Both the position numbers and the translations under genes were made by a program. DNA of 64,000 nucleotides. Source: Macrostomum lignano (taxonomy: Eukaryota). The stretch is taken from the NCBI GenBank assembly GCA_002269645.1, contig NIVC01000925.1, forward strand, positions 62,001-126,000, in the 5' to 3' direction. A model generated the notes under the pieces. The model was not told where the DNA came from. It saw nothing but the letters and a program-made list of their open reading frames with translations, and made no database searches. Shown here in pieces: positions 47,251-59,772 of this stretch (its first letter is position 1; every line of letters begins with the position of its first letter).

Positions 47251-48105
47251 TGAAATTCCTTATGTCCTCCACCAGCATTATGAAATCAAACAGACAATAT
47301 GCATGTATTAATTATGTGATTCAGTTCTAGGTCGGGTATGTTCAAAGTCAGTAAGTATAATTACTAATGTCTATGTAATCATTTGTAGTTATAGCTAAAC
47401 TAATTAGATAGAGAAGTGCCTGCTGTTTAGTATGATAAATTCATGCGCAGAGCCGAGCTGTCACTCCTCCGTGGAAACTGGCTCGTCTCCCTCCTAATTC
47501 TTAAGGTTCTTAAGATTCTTAAAATTCTTAAGGTTCTTAGGATTTATAATTCTACATAAGGATTAAAGATTCTAAATAAGGATTAAAAATTTTAATGAAG
47601 GATTGAGGTTTTTTATGAAGGATTAGGGATTCTAATGAAGGATTAAAGATTCTAATGAAGGATTAAAGATTCTAATGAGGGATTAAAGATTCTAATGAAA
47701 GATAAAGATTCTAATGAAGGATTAAAGATTCTACCGAAGGATTAAATGTTCTACTGAAGGATTAAAGATTCTAATGAAGGATTAAAGATTCTACCGAAGG
47801 ATTAAAGATTCTACTGAAGGATTAAAGGTTCTACTGAAGGATTAAAGATTCTAATGAAGTATTAAAGATTCTACTGAAGTATTAAAGATTCTAATGAAGG
47901 ATTAAAGATTCTAATGAAGGATTAAAGATTCTACTGAAGGATTAAAGATTCTAATGAAGGATTAAAGATTCTAATGAAGGATTAAAGATTCTAATGAAGG
48001 ATTAAAGATTCTAATGAAGTATTAAAGATTCTAATGAAGTATTAAAGATTCTACTGAAGTATTAAAGCTTCTAATGAAGGATTAAAGATTCTAATGAAGG
48101 ATTTT
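47251..48105 (-). other. Partial tandem duplication of the troponin T 3' end (last 10 codons + 3' UTR + upstream intronic array)
   Basis: 47251-47495 is nearly identical to 48145-48392; ~47525-48105 mirrors the start of the 20-bp array region at ~48670 onward. Confidence 0.9.
47560..48105. repeat. 20-bp minisatellite (GAAGGATTAAAGATTCTAAT), duplicate copy
   Basis: Tandem units. Confidence 0.95.
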
Positions 48106-48357
48106 AGAGACGTTAGTTTTAGAGACGACGTTAGAGATTTTAGTTGAAATTCCTTATGTCCAGCTCCACCAGCATTATGAAATCAAACAGACAATATGCA
48201 TGTATTAATTATGTAATTCAGTTCTAGGTCGGGTATGTTCAAAGTCAGTAAGTATAATTACTAATGTCTATGTAATCATTTGTAGTTATAGCTAAACTAA
48301 TTAGATAGAGAAGTGCCTGCTGTTTAGTATGATAAATTCATGCGCAGAGCCGAGCTG

Positions 48358-51300
48358 TCACTCCTCCGTGGCAACTGGCTCGTCTCCCTCCTGATTGTGT
48401 CCTTGGTCATTGTCATTCTCGCCGATTTCGCCGACAACCCTCGGTCCCTGCTCGGTGATGATCACTTTGCTCGAGGGCGGGATTCGTTCGTACTCGACGC
48501 CATAGATCGGGCCTTTGAACAATTCTTGACGTTCGCCGAAATCCCGGCGATCTTTCACTCGCTCATACTGGCTGTACATGATTATCTTCGGCTGATGAGG
48601 GGGTGAGCGATTGAGCTTGAGCTGCTTCATTACGCTTCAGGAGAACTTGAGCAACGCCCTGGGCCTTAAGATTCTTAAGGTTCTTAGGATTTATAATTCT
48701 ACATAAGGATTAAAGATTCTAAATAAGGATTAAAAATTTTAATGAAGAATTGAGGTTTTTTATGAAGGATTAGGGATTCTAATGAAGGATTAAAGATTCT
48801 AATGAAGGATTAAAGATTCTAATGAGGGATTAAAGATTCTAATGAAAGATAAAGATTTTAATGAAGGATTAAAGATTCTAATGAAGGATTAAAGATTCTA
48901 ATGAAGGATTAAAGATTCTACCGAAGGATTAAAGATTCTACTGAAGGATTAAAGGTTCTACTGAAGGATTAAAGATTCTACTGAAGGATTAAAGATTCTA
49001 ATGAAGTATTAAAGATTCTACTGAAGTATTAAAGATTCTAATGAAGGATTAAAGATTCTAATGAGGGATTAAAGATTCTAATGAAAGATAAAGATTTTAA
49101 TGAAGGATTAAAGATTCTAATGAAGGATTAAAGATTCTAATGAAGGATTAAAGATTCTACCGAAGGATTAAAGATTCTACTGAAGGATTAAAGGTTCTAC
49201 TGAAGGATTAAAGATTCTACTGAAGGATTAAAGGTTCTACTGAAGGATTAAAGATTCTACTGAAGGATTAAAGATTCTAATGAAGTATTAAAGATTCTAC
49301 TGAAGTATTAAAGATTCTAATGAAGGATTAAAGATTCTACTGAAGGATTAAAGATTCTACTGAAGGATTAAAGATTCTAATGAAGTATTAAAGATTCTAC
49401 TGAAGTATTAAAGATTCTAATGAGGGATTAAAGATTCTAATGAAGGATTAAAGATTCTACTGAAGGATTAAAGATTCTACTGAAGGATTAAAGATTCTAA
49501 TGAAGTATTAAAGATTCTACTGAAGTATTAAAGATTCTAATGAAGGATTAAAGATTCTACTGAAGGATTAAAGATTCTACTGAAGGATTAAAGATTCTAA
49601 TGAAGTATTAAAGATTCTACTGAAGTATTAAAGATTCTAATGAAGGATTAAAGATTCTACTGAAGGATTAAAGATTCTAATGAAGTATTAAAGATTCTAC
49701 TGAAGTATTAAAGATTCTAATGAAGGATTAAAGATTCTAATGAAGGATTTTAGAGATTCTACTAATGTATTATTTTTATAGATTTTACTGAAGTATTTAT
49801 GAATCTACTGAATTTTTTCAAGTTTGTTTTAATGTTTGAAATAAGAATTAAGGATCGAGCTTTCTGAATGCTTCTGAAGAGTCAAAGATATGATGGTAAA
49901 ACGAGATTGTTATCGTGTGTATCACAAAAGTTATTGATAATCTGTGTTATAACCTGCATTAAACTTACCGGTATACCACTAAGCTTTTCAGCCAATGGGT
50001 CGCTGAAATTAAAAAAGGGTCACAAAGAATTGATAGCTGAAGTTTCAAAAATATTTCTGTAAAAGTTATCACTCACGGAGCTGTTTGCACTTTATTGGTA
50101 CTGCCTTTCTGGCCACTGTAAATGGAGGAACAAAATTGGAATGTTAAACTGAATGTACTTGGATTTTCAGCAGGCTAAAATATACAAATTAGCAATGGTT
50201 GCTCACCCCTTCTGGTTTTGTCTGGCCCGTTCAGAGAGTTCCACCATCTGCAAAGGAATTTAAGCTTTTAAACCTTTTAATTCGATCGTTTTCACGACTA
50301 TGACGTCATTATTAAACTTATTATGCAAACTTTTCGTGCTTAATTCTCTCTACTCTACTAGCAAAGAGTAGATTGAATCACTAGTGAACCTAAATTTAGT
50401 TACGATAATTGAAACCGAAATAAAAAAATTAAAACTTTTCAGTTTCTATGTGACGTCATTTTTCTACCCGCCGTGCAAAATTTTCGTGAAATATTTTCTA
50501 CCGTCTACTACTGTTCAGTAGAAAAATCAGCCTATTTTGTCAGAATAATATCAAAATAAAAAAGTTACCTCCATATTCAGAGCTTTGAACCGCTGCTCAA
50601 GGTCGTATTTGTCGCCCTCAAGCGAGTAGATCTTGTTGAACAGCTCTTTGGCCTTCTCTTGCAGTTGCGACTCCCCAAATCCGTCGATATTTAACGGCTG
50701 AACGCGCTGCTCCAAGGCGGCCTTTTTCTCCGCCTCCAGCTGCTCCTTAGATTTGCCCTGTTTGGCCTCGTCTTGGTCAGTTGGACCGGTCTGGACAACG
50801 CAATGTTTTCGGATATTTGTGTTTGGCCTTCTAGACATTATCTCTAGTCTGTATTCATACTGCAGTATGTACTGTACAGGAGGATTTTCTAAGGCAGAAA
50901 CCATCTAGCAGTGCCATGGACAGCTAAAGTGCAAGGACGCAAAACTCGCTTGCAAATCATGCAAATTTTGCTGGAGGCCGTGTCCAGAAGGCGAGACATT
51001 CTGCAGGGAATTTAGGTGCTCAAGTCTAGTCTTAAGCAGGGATTTTAGCTGTCCATTAAGCATAGGTGCATTTAAGAGGATTTACTGTAACCAAAGCACT
51101 GTTTAAATACTCGTAATTTTCATATGATAATTAGACAAATAAATTTTTGTGTTTCGGGGCTTTGTATCAATCCAATAGTTTTAATTAATAATTTGTGGTC
51201 ACCGAGTTAATATCAATATTTGCATTCATGGGTTAAAACGCATTGTTTGAGCAAAACAAAAACCATCAATTCGGTTTAAAGCCAATTTTATCCAGGAAAA

Positions 51301-54300
51301 TTTCACATGTATTCTTCAATTTAAAAATATTACGCGAGCAATTATAAAACTATGAAGTTTTAATCCATGATATCATAGCATGGTTCTACTCACATTTTTT
51401 CCTTGATCCGCCTAAAAATGTTGGAAAGAAGAGATGAGGAGAAAAAGCGACGCCATTTATAATTGTTAAAAAAATCAAAAGTAACGAGACAGCAAAAGTA
51501 CAGTGTGAAAAGAGAAATCACTGCAAATCTTCTATTGACATTGTCGTTTTTGCGCCTGCAAGTCGCTGATAAAATCGATTTTAGTTCCCAGCCAATCAGG
51601 GCTGAGATATGGGGGTAAGGCAAACGTACATTCATCAGCCAACTAAATGTACATAGATTAAACTGCTCCCCACCCTGTGTACATTGGCTGGAAATGGGAA
51701 GGAGGCGGTGTTAAAGTGCCCGCTGTCGGATTCACTGCCGCGGAGTTAAGCAACATCGGTTTTGGTTAGTCATTATCAACAATACATGAACAAACAGTAA
51801 ATACCATACATGTATTTAAAGATGACTTACTTCACTGCCAGACTTCTTGCTGATGGTGAAGTTGCGCTGGCTCTGGCTCTTGCTGCGCTCCTCAGCTTCG
51901 CGCTTCTTCTTCTCCCGTTCCTCCTGTCGGCGCGCCTCCTCCTCCCGTTTTCGGCGCTGGCGCTCCTCCTGTTGCATAAAATTTAGAACTTTGAAACCAA
52001 GTATGCCTACTTGAAGTAGCAAAGATGGTCAATATTTATTATGATTTTAAGTAAATGCAAGAGAAAGCATTTATCTCTAACACGTAATTACTGAGTTCAA
52101 CAAGTTTTTACGACAGGTATTGTACCAATCGTATCTAACAGGTACCTGTCGTATCTACGAGTAACACGTACGTATCGTATCTAACAGGTAAATATTGTAT
52201 CCAACAGGTAGCACAGAAGCTCGTAACACGGAAGTTGTCCTTAGAGACACGAATTAAAACTCACCTCCTCTGCGCGCCTTTTCTGCTCCTCGATCGCTCG
52301 CAGCTCGGCGAGTCTCTTCTCCTCCTCGGCTCGTTCCTGTTTCCTTTGCTCCTGTTGTTTCAGGCAACAGCAAATCAATAAATTCATAGATTCTTTTTGA
52401 CTCGAAATTGTTTCCATCTGTTTACGGACTCAGATTGTACTCACCCGCTTTGCTCTGAGATCCGAGATCTCAGCTTCCAGCTTCTCTCGTTCCTCTTTTC
52501 GCATCTCCTCGTATTCCTTCATCTCCTCCTGCATCTTGGCCATGCGCTTCTTCTTCTCCTCCTGCGGTGAGTTTCATTGTTGAGTTCATTGTTCGTCTCT
52601 TTGACAGTTGTTGACTTCTATATTCAATTTGTCGAGTTCTTTTGAGTTTATTCAGTTCATTTTGATTTTATTGAGTTTATTGAGTTCATTTTGAGTTTAT
52701 TGAGTTCATTTTGAGTTTATTGAGTTCATTTTGAGTTTATTGAGTTCATTTTGAGTTTATTGAGTTCATTTTGAGTTTATTGAGTTCATTTTGAGTTTAT
52801 TGAGTTCATTTTGAGTTATTGAGTTCATCTTGAGTTTATTGAGTTCATTTTGAGTTTATTGAGTTCATTTTGAGTTATTGAGTTCATTTTGAGTTTATTG
52901 AGTTCATTTTGAGTTTTTTGAGTTCATTTTGAGTTTATTGAGTTCATTTTGAGTTTATTGAGTTCATTTTGAGTTATTGAGTTCATCTTGAGTTTATTGA
53001 GTTCATTTTGAGTTTATTGAGTTCATTTTGAGTTATTGAGTTCATTTTGAGTTTATTGAGTTCATTTTGAGTTTTTTGAGTTCATTTTGAGTTTATAGAG
53101 TTCATTTTGAGTTTATTGAGTTTATTTGGTTCATTTTGAGTTCATTTTGAGTTTATTTAGTTCATTTGAGTTTATTGAGTTCTATTGAGTTTATTGAGTT
53201 AATTTTGAGTTTACTGAGTTCATTTTGAGTTTATTTAGTTAGTTCATTTTGAGTTTATTTAGTTCTATTGAGTTTATTAGGCTCTTGTTAGCTCGGAGTT
53301 TAGCAAGTTTTTGAGTTTCTGATTCGTAACTTATTTAATTTTTAGGCCTGTCCAGTCAAATAGTTCATATTTTGCTAATATTTCTGCAGTGATCTCTATT
53401 GAGTGTTTGTTTATAAATTGATAATTAGTTTAACAGCAAATCATATCAACTCTCACCTCCATTCGAATTTGTGCTTCATTCCGACCACTTTCATCTCTGA
53501 AAAATTATTGGCAATAGAAAACTATTTATCGAGTGTATGAATTTTAATGATTTTAATCTACCAATTTTCTAATCGAACTCCTACTCAGAAGAAAAGGCTG
53601 GCTGGTGCTTGGGCTTGTCGGCCACCGGCTCGTTTTGCTGCTCCTGCTCTGCCGGCTCCTCCTGGGCGGCTTCTGGGGCGCCGTCTCTGAAAATGCGAGA
53701 TTGAGGCTGCTGGACTGACGTGGGTTGGTGAAACAGGTCTAAAGCAAACTAGATTACATTTACATTTTGATTAAATTTAAAATGATAATGAAATGTGCGA
53801 TGCCATTAATCGCATTGTTCTATCCCCCTAAATACCCCAATTTAAGCGCACTAAATACCCCGATTTCGTCGCCCTAAATACTCCAATTTTACTGCCCTAA
53901 ATACCCCAGTTTCACCGCCCTAAATACCCCGATTTCACCGCACTAAATACCCCGATTTCACCGCACTAAGTACCCCAGTTTCACCGCCCTAAATACCCTA
54001 GTTTCACCGCCCTAAATACCCCAAATTCACCGCACTAAATGCCCCAGTTTCACCGCCCTAAATACCCCGATTTCACCGCCCTAAATACCCCAGTTTCACC
54101 GCCCTAAATACCTCAGCTTAAGCACCCTAAATACCCCGATTTCACCGCCCTAAATACCCCAGTTTCACCGCCCTAAATACCCCAGCTTAAGCACCCTAAA
54201 TACCCCAGCTTAAGCACCCTAAATACCCCAGCTTAAGCACCCTAAATACCCCAGCTTAAGCACCCTAAATACCCCAGCTTAAGCACCCTAAATACCCCAG

Positions 54301-54700
54301 CTTAAGCACCCTAAATACCCCCAGCTTAAGCACCCTAAATACCCCAGCTTAAGCACCCTAAATACCCCAGCTTAAGCACCCAAAATACCCAAATTTTACC
54401 GTCCTAAATACCCCAGTTTCACCGCCCTAAATACTCCAGCTTAAGCACCCTAAATACCCCGATTTCACCGCCCTAAATACCCCAGTTTCACCGCCCTAAA
54501 TACCCCAGCTTAAGCACCCTCAATACCCCAGCTTAAGCACCCTAAATACCCCAGCTTAAGCACCCTAAATACCCCAGCTTAAGCACCCTGAATACCCCAG
54601 CTTAAGCACCCTAAATACCCGTTTTAACCCCTAAATACCATATCTAACACAATCAAAATGACAGATTATTTAATACTTACTGGTTTTCCTCGTCCGACAT
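48358..54700 (-). CDS. TNNT: Troponin T (invertebrate type), 357 aa, 11 coding exons
   Basis: Exons (minus strand): 54700-54681, 53686-53585, 53496-53457, 52561-52445, 52351-52265, 51968-51831, 50790-50569, 50247-50207, 50115-50077, 50002-49969, 48591-48358. All GT-AG and phase-consistent (1074 nt). E/K/R coiled coil, RNFTISKK, KSKEQLEAEKKAALEQRVQPLNIDG, YDLEQRF, VELSERARQ, DPLAEKLSGIPPKIIMYSQYERVKDRR. Confidence 0.93.
48700..49760. repeat. 20-bp minisatellite (GAAGGATTAAAGATTCTAAT) in troponin T intron 10
   Basis: About 50 units. Confidence 0.96.
52655..53280. repeat. 20-bp minisatellite (TTGAGTTCATTTTGAGTTTA) in troponin T intron 3
   Basis: About 30 units. Confidence 0.95.
53828..54635. 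repeat. 23-bp minisatellite (CTAAATACCCCAGCTTAAGCACC / ...GTTTCACCGCC) in troponin T intron 1
   Basis: About 35 units of two interleaved variants. Confidence 0.95.
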
Positions 54701-55354
54701 GCCGCTACTAAATGAGAAAGTTTCACTTACTTACTAACTTGGAGAAACCGAAGGAGACAGAGGTATAAAGATAGTTTTAGTCTAACAGACAGCCTATGCA
54801 GTCAGCTTTTTAAGGCCCGTTACCCCGGACAAAACAGTACGGAATAGAAAAAAGATTCTGCAGATTTGCAGATTTGCAGGCTTGGACATGTCACTCTCGC
54901 TTCGAACCATCGCAATTCTGACCCAAGCCCCGGCCACCCTCAACCCCCCTCTGGAGGAGAAAAACCCCAAGTCGCATTCTTCTGCTAACCTGGGAAGGAT
55001 TAGGTAAGTCAGCAGCAACAGCTGGACGCCTCTCGGCTGGCGCACCCAATTGTGGGATGGAAATCCCACAAGTGGACTGCGGGTCTTGAACCACAGAGAC
55101 GCGTGCCTCCCTCCCTCCCTCCGCACCATTTCGGATCAATAACCGGACTCGACAGACTCTGTGCCAGGCAACCATGTGGGCCCTGAGGGGAGACACAACG
55201 ACCCGATTTCTGCCCATTTCTAACGCTCTATCGCAAGGCCATGGAATGCTTGAAACTATAATTAGTTCCTGGAAATGTGTCAAACATACGTCGTGATGGA
55301 TTGCATCGACTTCGCGAGCTCGACACTTCACGAACTTCTAAATTGGTTTATATC

Positions 55355-57530
55355 TTGACGCCACACTACTCAATTTTGGCGCCACACTACTCAATTTTGG
55401 CGCCACACTACTCAATCTTGGCGCCACACTACTCAATTTTGGCACCACACTACGATATATTTTGTCGCCAAACTATTCAACTTTGGCGCCACACTACTTA
55501 ATTTTGGCACCACACTACAATCAGTTTTGGCGCAACACTACTCAATCTTGGCGCCACACTACTCAATCTTGGCGCCACACTATTCAATCTTGGCGCCACA
55601 CTACTCAATCTTGGCGCCACACTACTCAATCTTGGCGCCACACTACGATCAATTTTGGCGCCACACTACGATATATTTTGTCGCCAAACTATTCAACTTT
55701 GGCGCCACACTACTTAATTTTGGCACCACACTACTCAATTTTGGCGCCACACTACTCAATTTTGGCGCCACACTACTCAATTTTGGCGCCACACTACTCA
55801 ATTTTGGCGCCACACTACTCAATTTTGGCGCCACACTACGAGTACTCAATTTTGGCGCCACACTACTCAATTTTGGCGCCACACTACGAGTACTCAATTT
55901 TGGCGCCACACTACTCAATCTTGGCGCCACACTATTCAATCTTGGCGCCACACTACTCAATTTGGCGCCACACTACTCGATCTTGGCACCACACTAATCA
56001 ATCTTGGCGCCCCAATATTTAATTTTTGACGGCACAATACCATCGATTTTAGCGCCACACTACTCAATTTTGGCGCCACACTACTCAATTTTGGCGCCAC
56101 ACTACTCAATTTTGGCACCACACTACTCAATCTTGGCGCCACACTACTCAATCTTGGCGCCACACTACTCAATCTTGGCGCCACACTACTCAATTTTGGC
56201 ACCACACTACGATATATTTTGTCGCCACACTATTCAACTTTGGCGCCACACTACTTTATTTTGGCACCAAACTACAATCAATTTTGGCGCAACACTACTC
56301 AATTTTGGCGCCACACTACTCAATCTTGGCGCCACACTAATCAATCTTGGCGCCCCACTATTCAGTTTTGGCGCCACACTACGATCAATTTTTGACGACA
56401 CACTACTCAACTTTTGCGCCACACTACTCAATTTTGGCGCTACACTACAATCAATTTTTGACGCCACACTACTCAACTTTGGCGCCACACTACTCAATCT
56501 TGGCGCCACACTACGATCAATTTTGGCGCCACACTACGATATATTTTGTCGCCAAACTATTCAACTTTGGCGCCACACTACTTAATTTTGGCACCACACT
56601 ACTCAATTTTGGCGCCACACTACTCAATTTTGGCGCCACACTACGAGTACTCAATTTTGGCGCCACACTACTCAATTTTGGCGCCACACTACGAGTACTC
56701 AATTTTGGCGCCACACTACTCAATCTTGGCGCCACACTATTCAATCTTGGCGCCACACTACTCAATTTGGCGCCACACTACTCGATCTTGGCACCACACT
56801 AATCAATCTTGGCGCCCCAATATTTAATTTTTGACGGCACAATACCATCGATTTTAGCGCCACACTACTCAATTTTGGCGCCACACTACTCAATTTTGGC
56901 GCCACACTACTCAATTTTGGCACCACACTACTCAATCTTGGCGCCACACTACTCAATCTTGGCGCCACACTACTCAATCTTGGCGCCACACTACTCAATT
57001 CTGGCACCACACTACGATATATTTTGTCGCCACACTATTCAACTTTGGCGCCACACTACTTTATTTTGGCACCAAACTACAATCAATTTTGGCGCAACAC
57101 TACTCAATTTTGGCGCCACACTACTCAATCTTGGCGCCACACTAATCAATCTTGGCGCCCCACTATTCAGTTTTGGCGCCACACTACGATCAATTTTTGA
57201 CGACACACTACTCAACTTTTGCGCCACACTACTCAATTTTGGCGCTACACTACAATCAATTTTTGACGCCACACTACTCAACTTTGGCGCCACACTACTC
57301 AATTTTGGCGCTACACTACTCAATCTTGGCGCCACACTAATCAATCTTGGCGCCCCACTATTCAATGTTGGCGCCCCACTATTTAATTTTTGACGGCACA
57401 ATACCATCGATTTTAGCGCCACACTACTCAATTTTAGAGCCACACTACGATCAATTTTGGCGCCACACTACTAAATTTTGGCGCCACACTACGATCAATT
57501 TTGGCGCCACACTACTCAATTTTGGCGCCG
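55355..57530. repeat. 21-bp minisatellite (GGCGCCACACTACTCAATTTT) with an 805-bp block duplication
   Basis: Identical ORF-track peptides are offset by 805 bp (56004/56809, 56234/57039, 55957/56762). Confidence 0.96.
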
Positions 57531-58794
57531 CATAGAAATTTGCATACTTGAGCATCTTGAAGAACATTTTCAAGTTTTTTAAATTTAGTTGTTTTTTTTT
57601 AGACTACGGAACTACGCAGTTAATGATGGTGATGATGAAAGAAGCTGCTTGGCAATCTTCATCGCTATAACGTTAAAGAGAAAATCGAATATTAAGGGCG
57701 CCTGAACCTGAACGAAGCCCCAATTTTCGGCGCCAGCAGCAGCAGCTGCTAGAAGGGGTCGCCAAGAAATTATCCAAAAAATTCACAAGGACGAACAGAG
57801 GCAGACAAGGAATCAGTCAATTACTGCTGCAGGACCTTGGGTCTGGAAAATCTCCCCCCTCTCTCTCTCTCACGCGGGCGGCAGAGGGTGAAGACGCAAT
57901 TTCAAACTTTTCCGTCCGTCCCTCTGCCGTCCTGACAGATTTTTTTTTGAAAATGTGAAGTTAACTTTGAAAATTTGATTCTGAATTTTATATACTATCG
58001 ATACATATCGCTGTTAAACCCATATGAGCACAGATTTCTCATTCTTTTCTCAATCTTTTCACACTCTTTTCTCAATCGTCTCTCACTTTTTCTTACTCTT
58101 CTCTCACCCTCCCTCACTCTCCTCTCCCTCGTCTCCCATTTAAGAATGCTATATTTTCTTCATTGTGGCTAAAATCTTGGATAATTTAGAACATTCGTAA
58201 GAATCTTTTTTCACTACTTATTCTATCTATTAAGTAGCATGTTTGGCATGCGATTGTGAATCAGCGCCAACTTCAAACTAGAATGTACGCATTAATCAAT
58301 ATTAGTGGTATTTTTTATTCGTAAAATGGGCGTTCCTTTGACTTGCAACCTTGAACTCCGTTCTTCTTTTTTTCCCGTGTGGTTGCAGAAATCCTTAGCC
58401 ATTTCCACTGCTTCTTCTCCCTCAAACCTCTCCTACTTTTTGGAGTCAACAGTTAAAATTTGTTGCACTGGGCGCAGAGCTCTTCTTTAAAATCGGTTTA
58501 TGACTGCGAAGCATACTTCCCGTTTCCTTGTTGCTTATAATATTTTTATAACTTTCCAAGTTGAACTTTCGACCATGTGTAAGAATTCTGTATAGCTATT
58601 AATCTGTGGATCGTTAAGAAAGTGGGGATTAAGCCAACTTGTATGTTTAATCCCAAAGCATGCATTTATAAAATCCATAAGCTCCCGTTAAATACTAGTA
58701 AGTTCAGCTTGTATATATACTATTTTGAGAGTCTTAATTATGAGAACTGCTCAGGATCATTCCTTCGAAATGCGTGAGATGATCCTGACCCCAG

Positions 58795-59772
58795 GAATCT
58801 AAAATCTACAGGAATCTCACAATGGAGAATCTAAAATCTACAGGAATCTCACCATAGACAGTCTGAAATCTACAGGAATCTCACCATAGACAATCTAAAA
58901 TCTACAGGAATCTCACCATAGACAATCTAAAATCTACAGGGAATCTCACAATGGAGAATCTAAATTCTACAGGAATCTCACAATAGACAGTCTGAAATCT
59001 ACAGGAATCTCACCATAGACAGTCTGAAATCTACAGGAATCTCACCATGGAGAATCTAAAATCTACAGGAATCTCACCATAGACAGTCTAAAATCTACAG
59101 GAATCTCACCATGGAGAATCTAAAATCTACAGGAATCTCACCATAGACAGTCTGAAATCTACAGTAATCTCACCATGGAGAATCTAAAATCTACAGGAAT
59201 CTCACCATAGACACTCTGAAATCTACAGGAATCTCACCATGGACAATCTAAAATCTACAGGAATCTCACCGTAGACGGTCTAAAATCTACAGGAATCTCA
59301 CCATGAAGAATCTAAAATCTACAGGGAATCTCACAATGGAGAATCTAAAATCTACAGGAATCTCACAATGGAGAATCTAAAATCTACAGGAATCTCACCG
59401 TAGACGGTCTAAAATCTACAGGAATCTCACCATGAAGAATCTAAAATCTACAGGGAATCTCACAATGGAGAATCTAAAATCTACAGGAATCTCACAATGG
59501 AGAATCTAAAATCTACAGAAATCTCACAATGGAGAATCTAAAATCTACAGGAAATCTCACAATGGAGAATCTAAAATCTACAGGAATCTCACCATAGACA
59601 GTCTGAAATCTACAGGAATCTCACCATGGAGAATCTAAAATCTACAGGAATCTCACCATAGACGGTCTAAAATCTACAGGAATCTCACCATAGACAGTCT
59701 GAAATCTACAGGAATCTCACCATAGACAGTCTGAAATCTACAGGAATCTCACCATAGAGAATCTAAAATCTG
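58795..59772. repeat. 32-bp minisatellite (AGAATCTAAAATCTACAGGAATCTCACAATGG variants)
   Basis: About 30 units; period 32 (58831, 58863, 58895). Confidence 0.95.

Noticed and set aside
48592-48630. ORF-track start MKQLKL for the last troponin T ORF
   Set aside because: It is intronic; the acceptor CCCCCTCATCAG at 48592 gives the conserved IP|PKIIMYS junction
50916-51056. 13-bp inverted repeat ATGGACAGCTAAA suggesting a 140-bp MITE
   Set aside because: Short, with no TSD and no second copy in the window
55021-55080. HDV-like ribozyme (GCC-TCTCGGCT-GGC resembles P3/L3)
   Set aside because: No P1 5' strand or P2 3' strand could be found to complete the double pseudoknot
55462-57535. Many YSILAPH, NFGATLL and SSVAPKL ORFs
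   Set aside because: 21-bp array artefacts
58300-58500. Possible minus-strand transposase remnant
   Set aside because: Short, interrupted by stops, with no diagnostic motif
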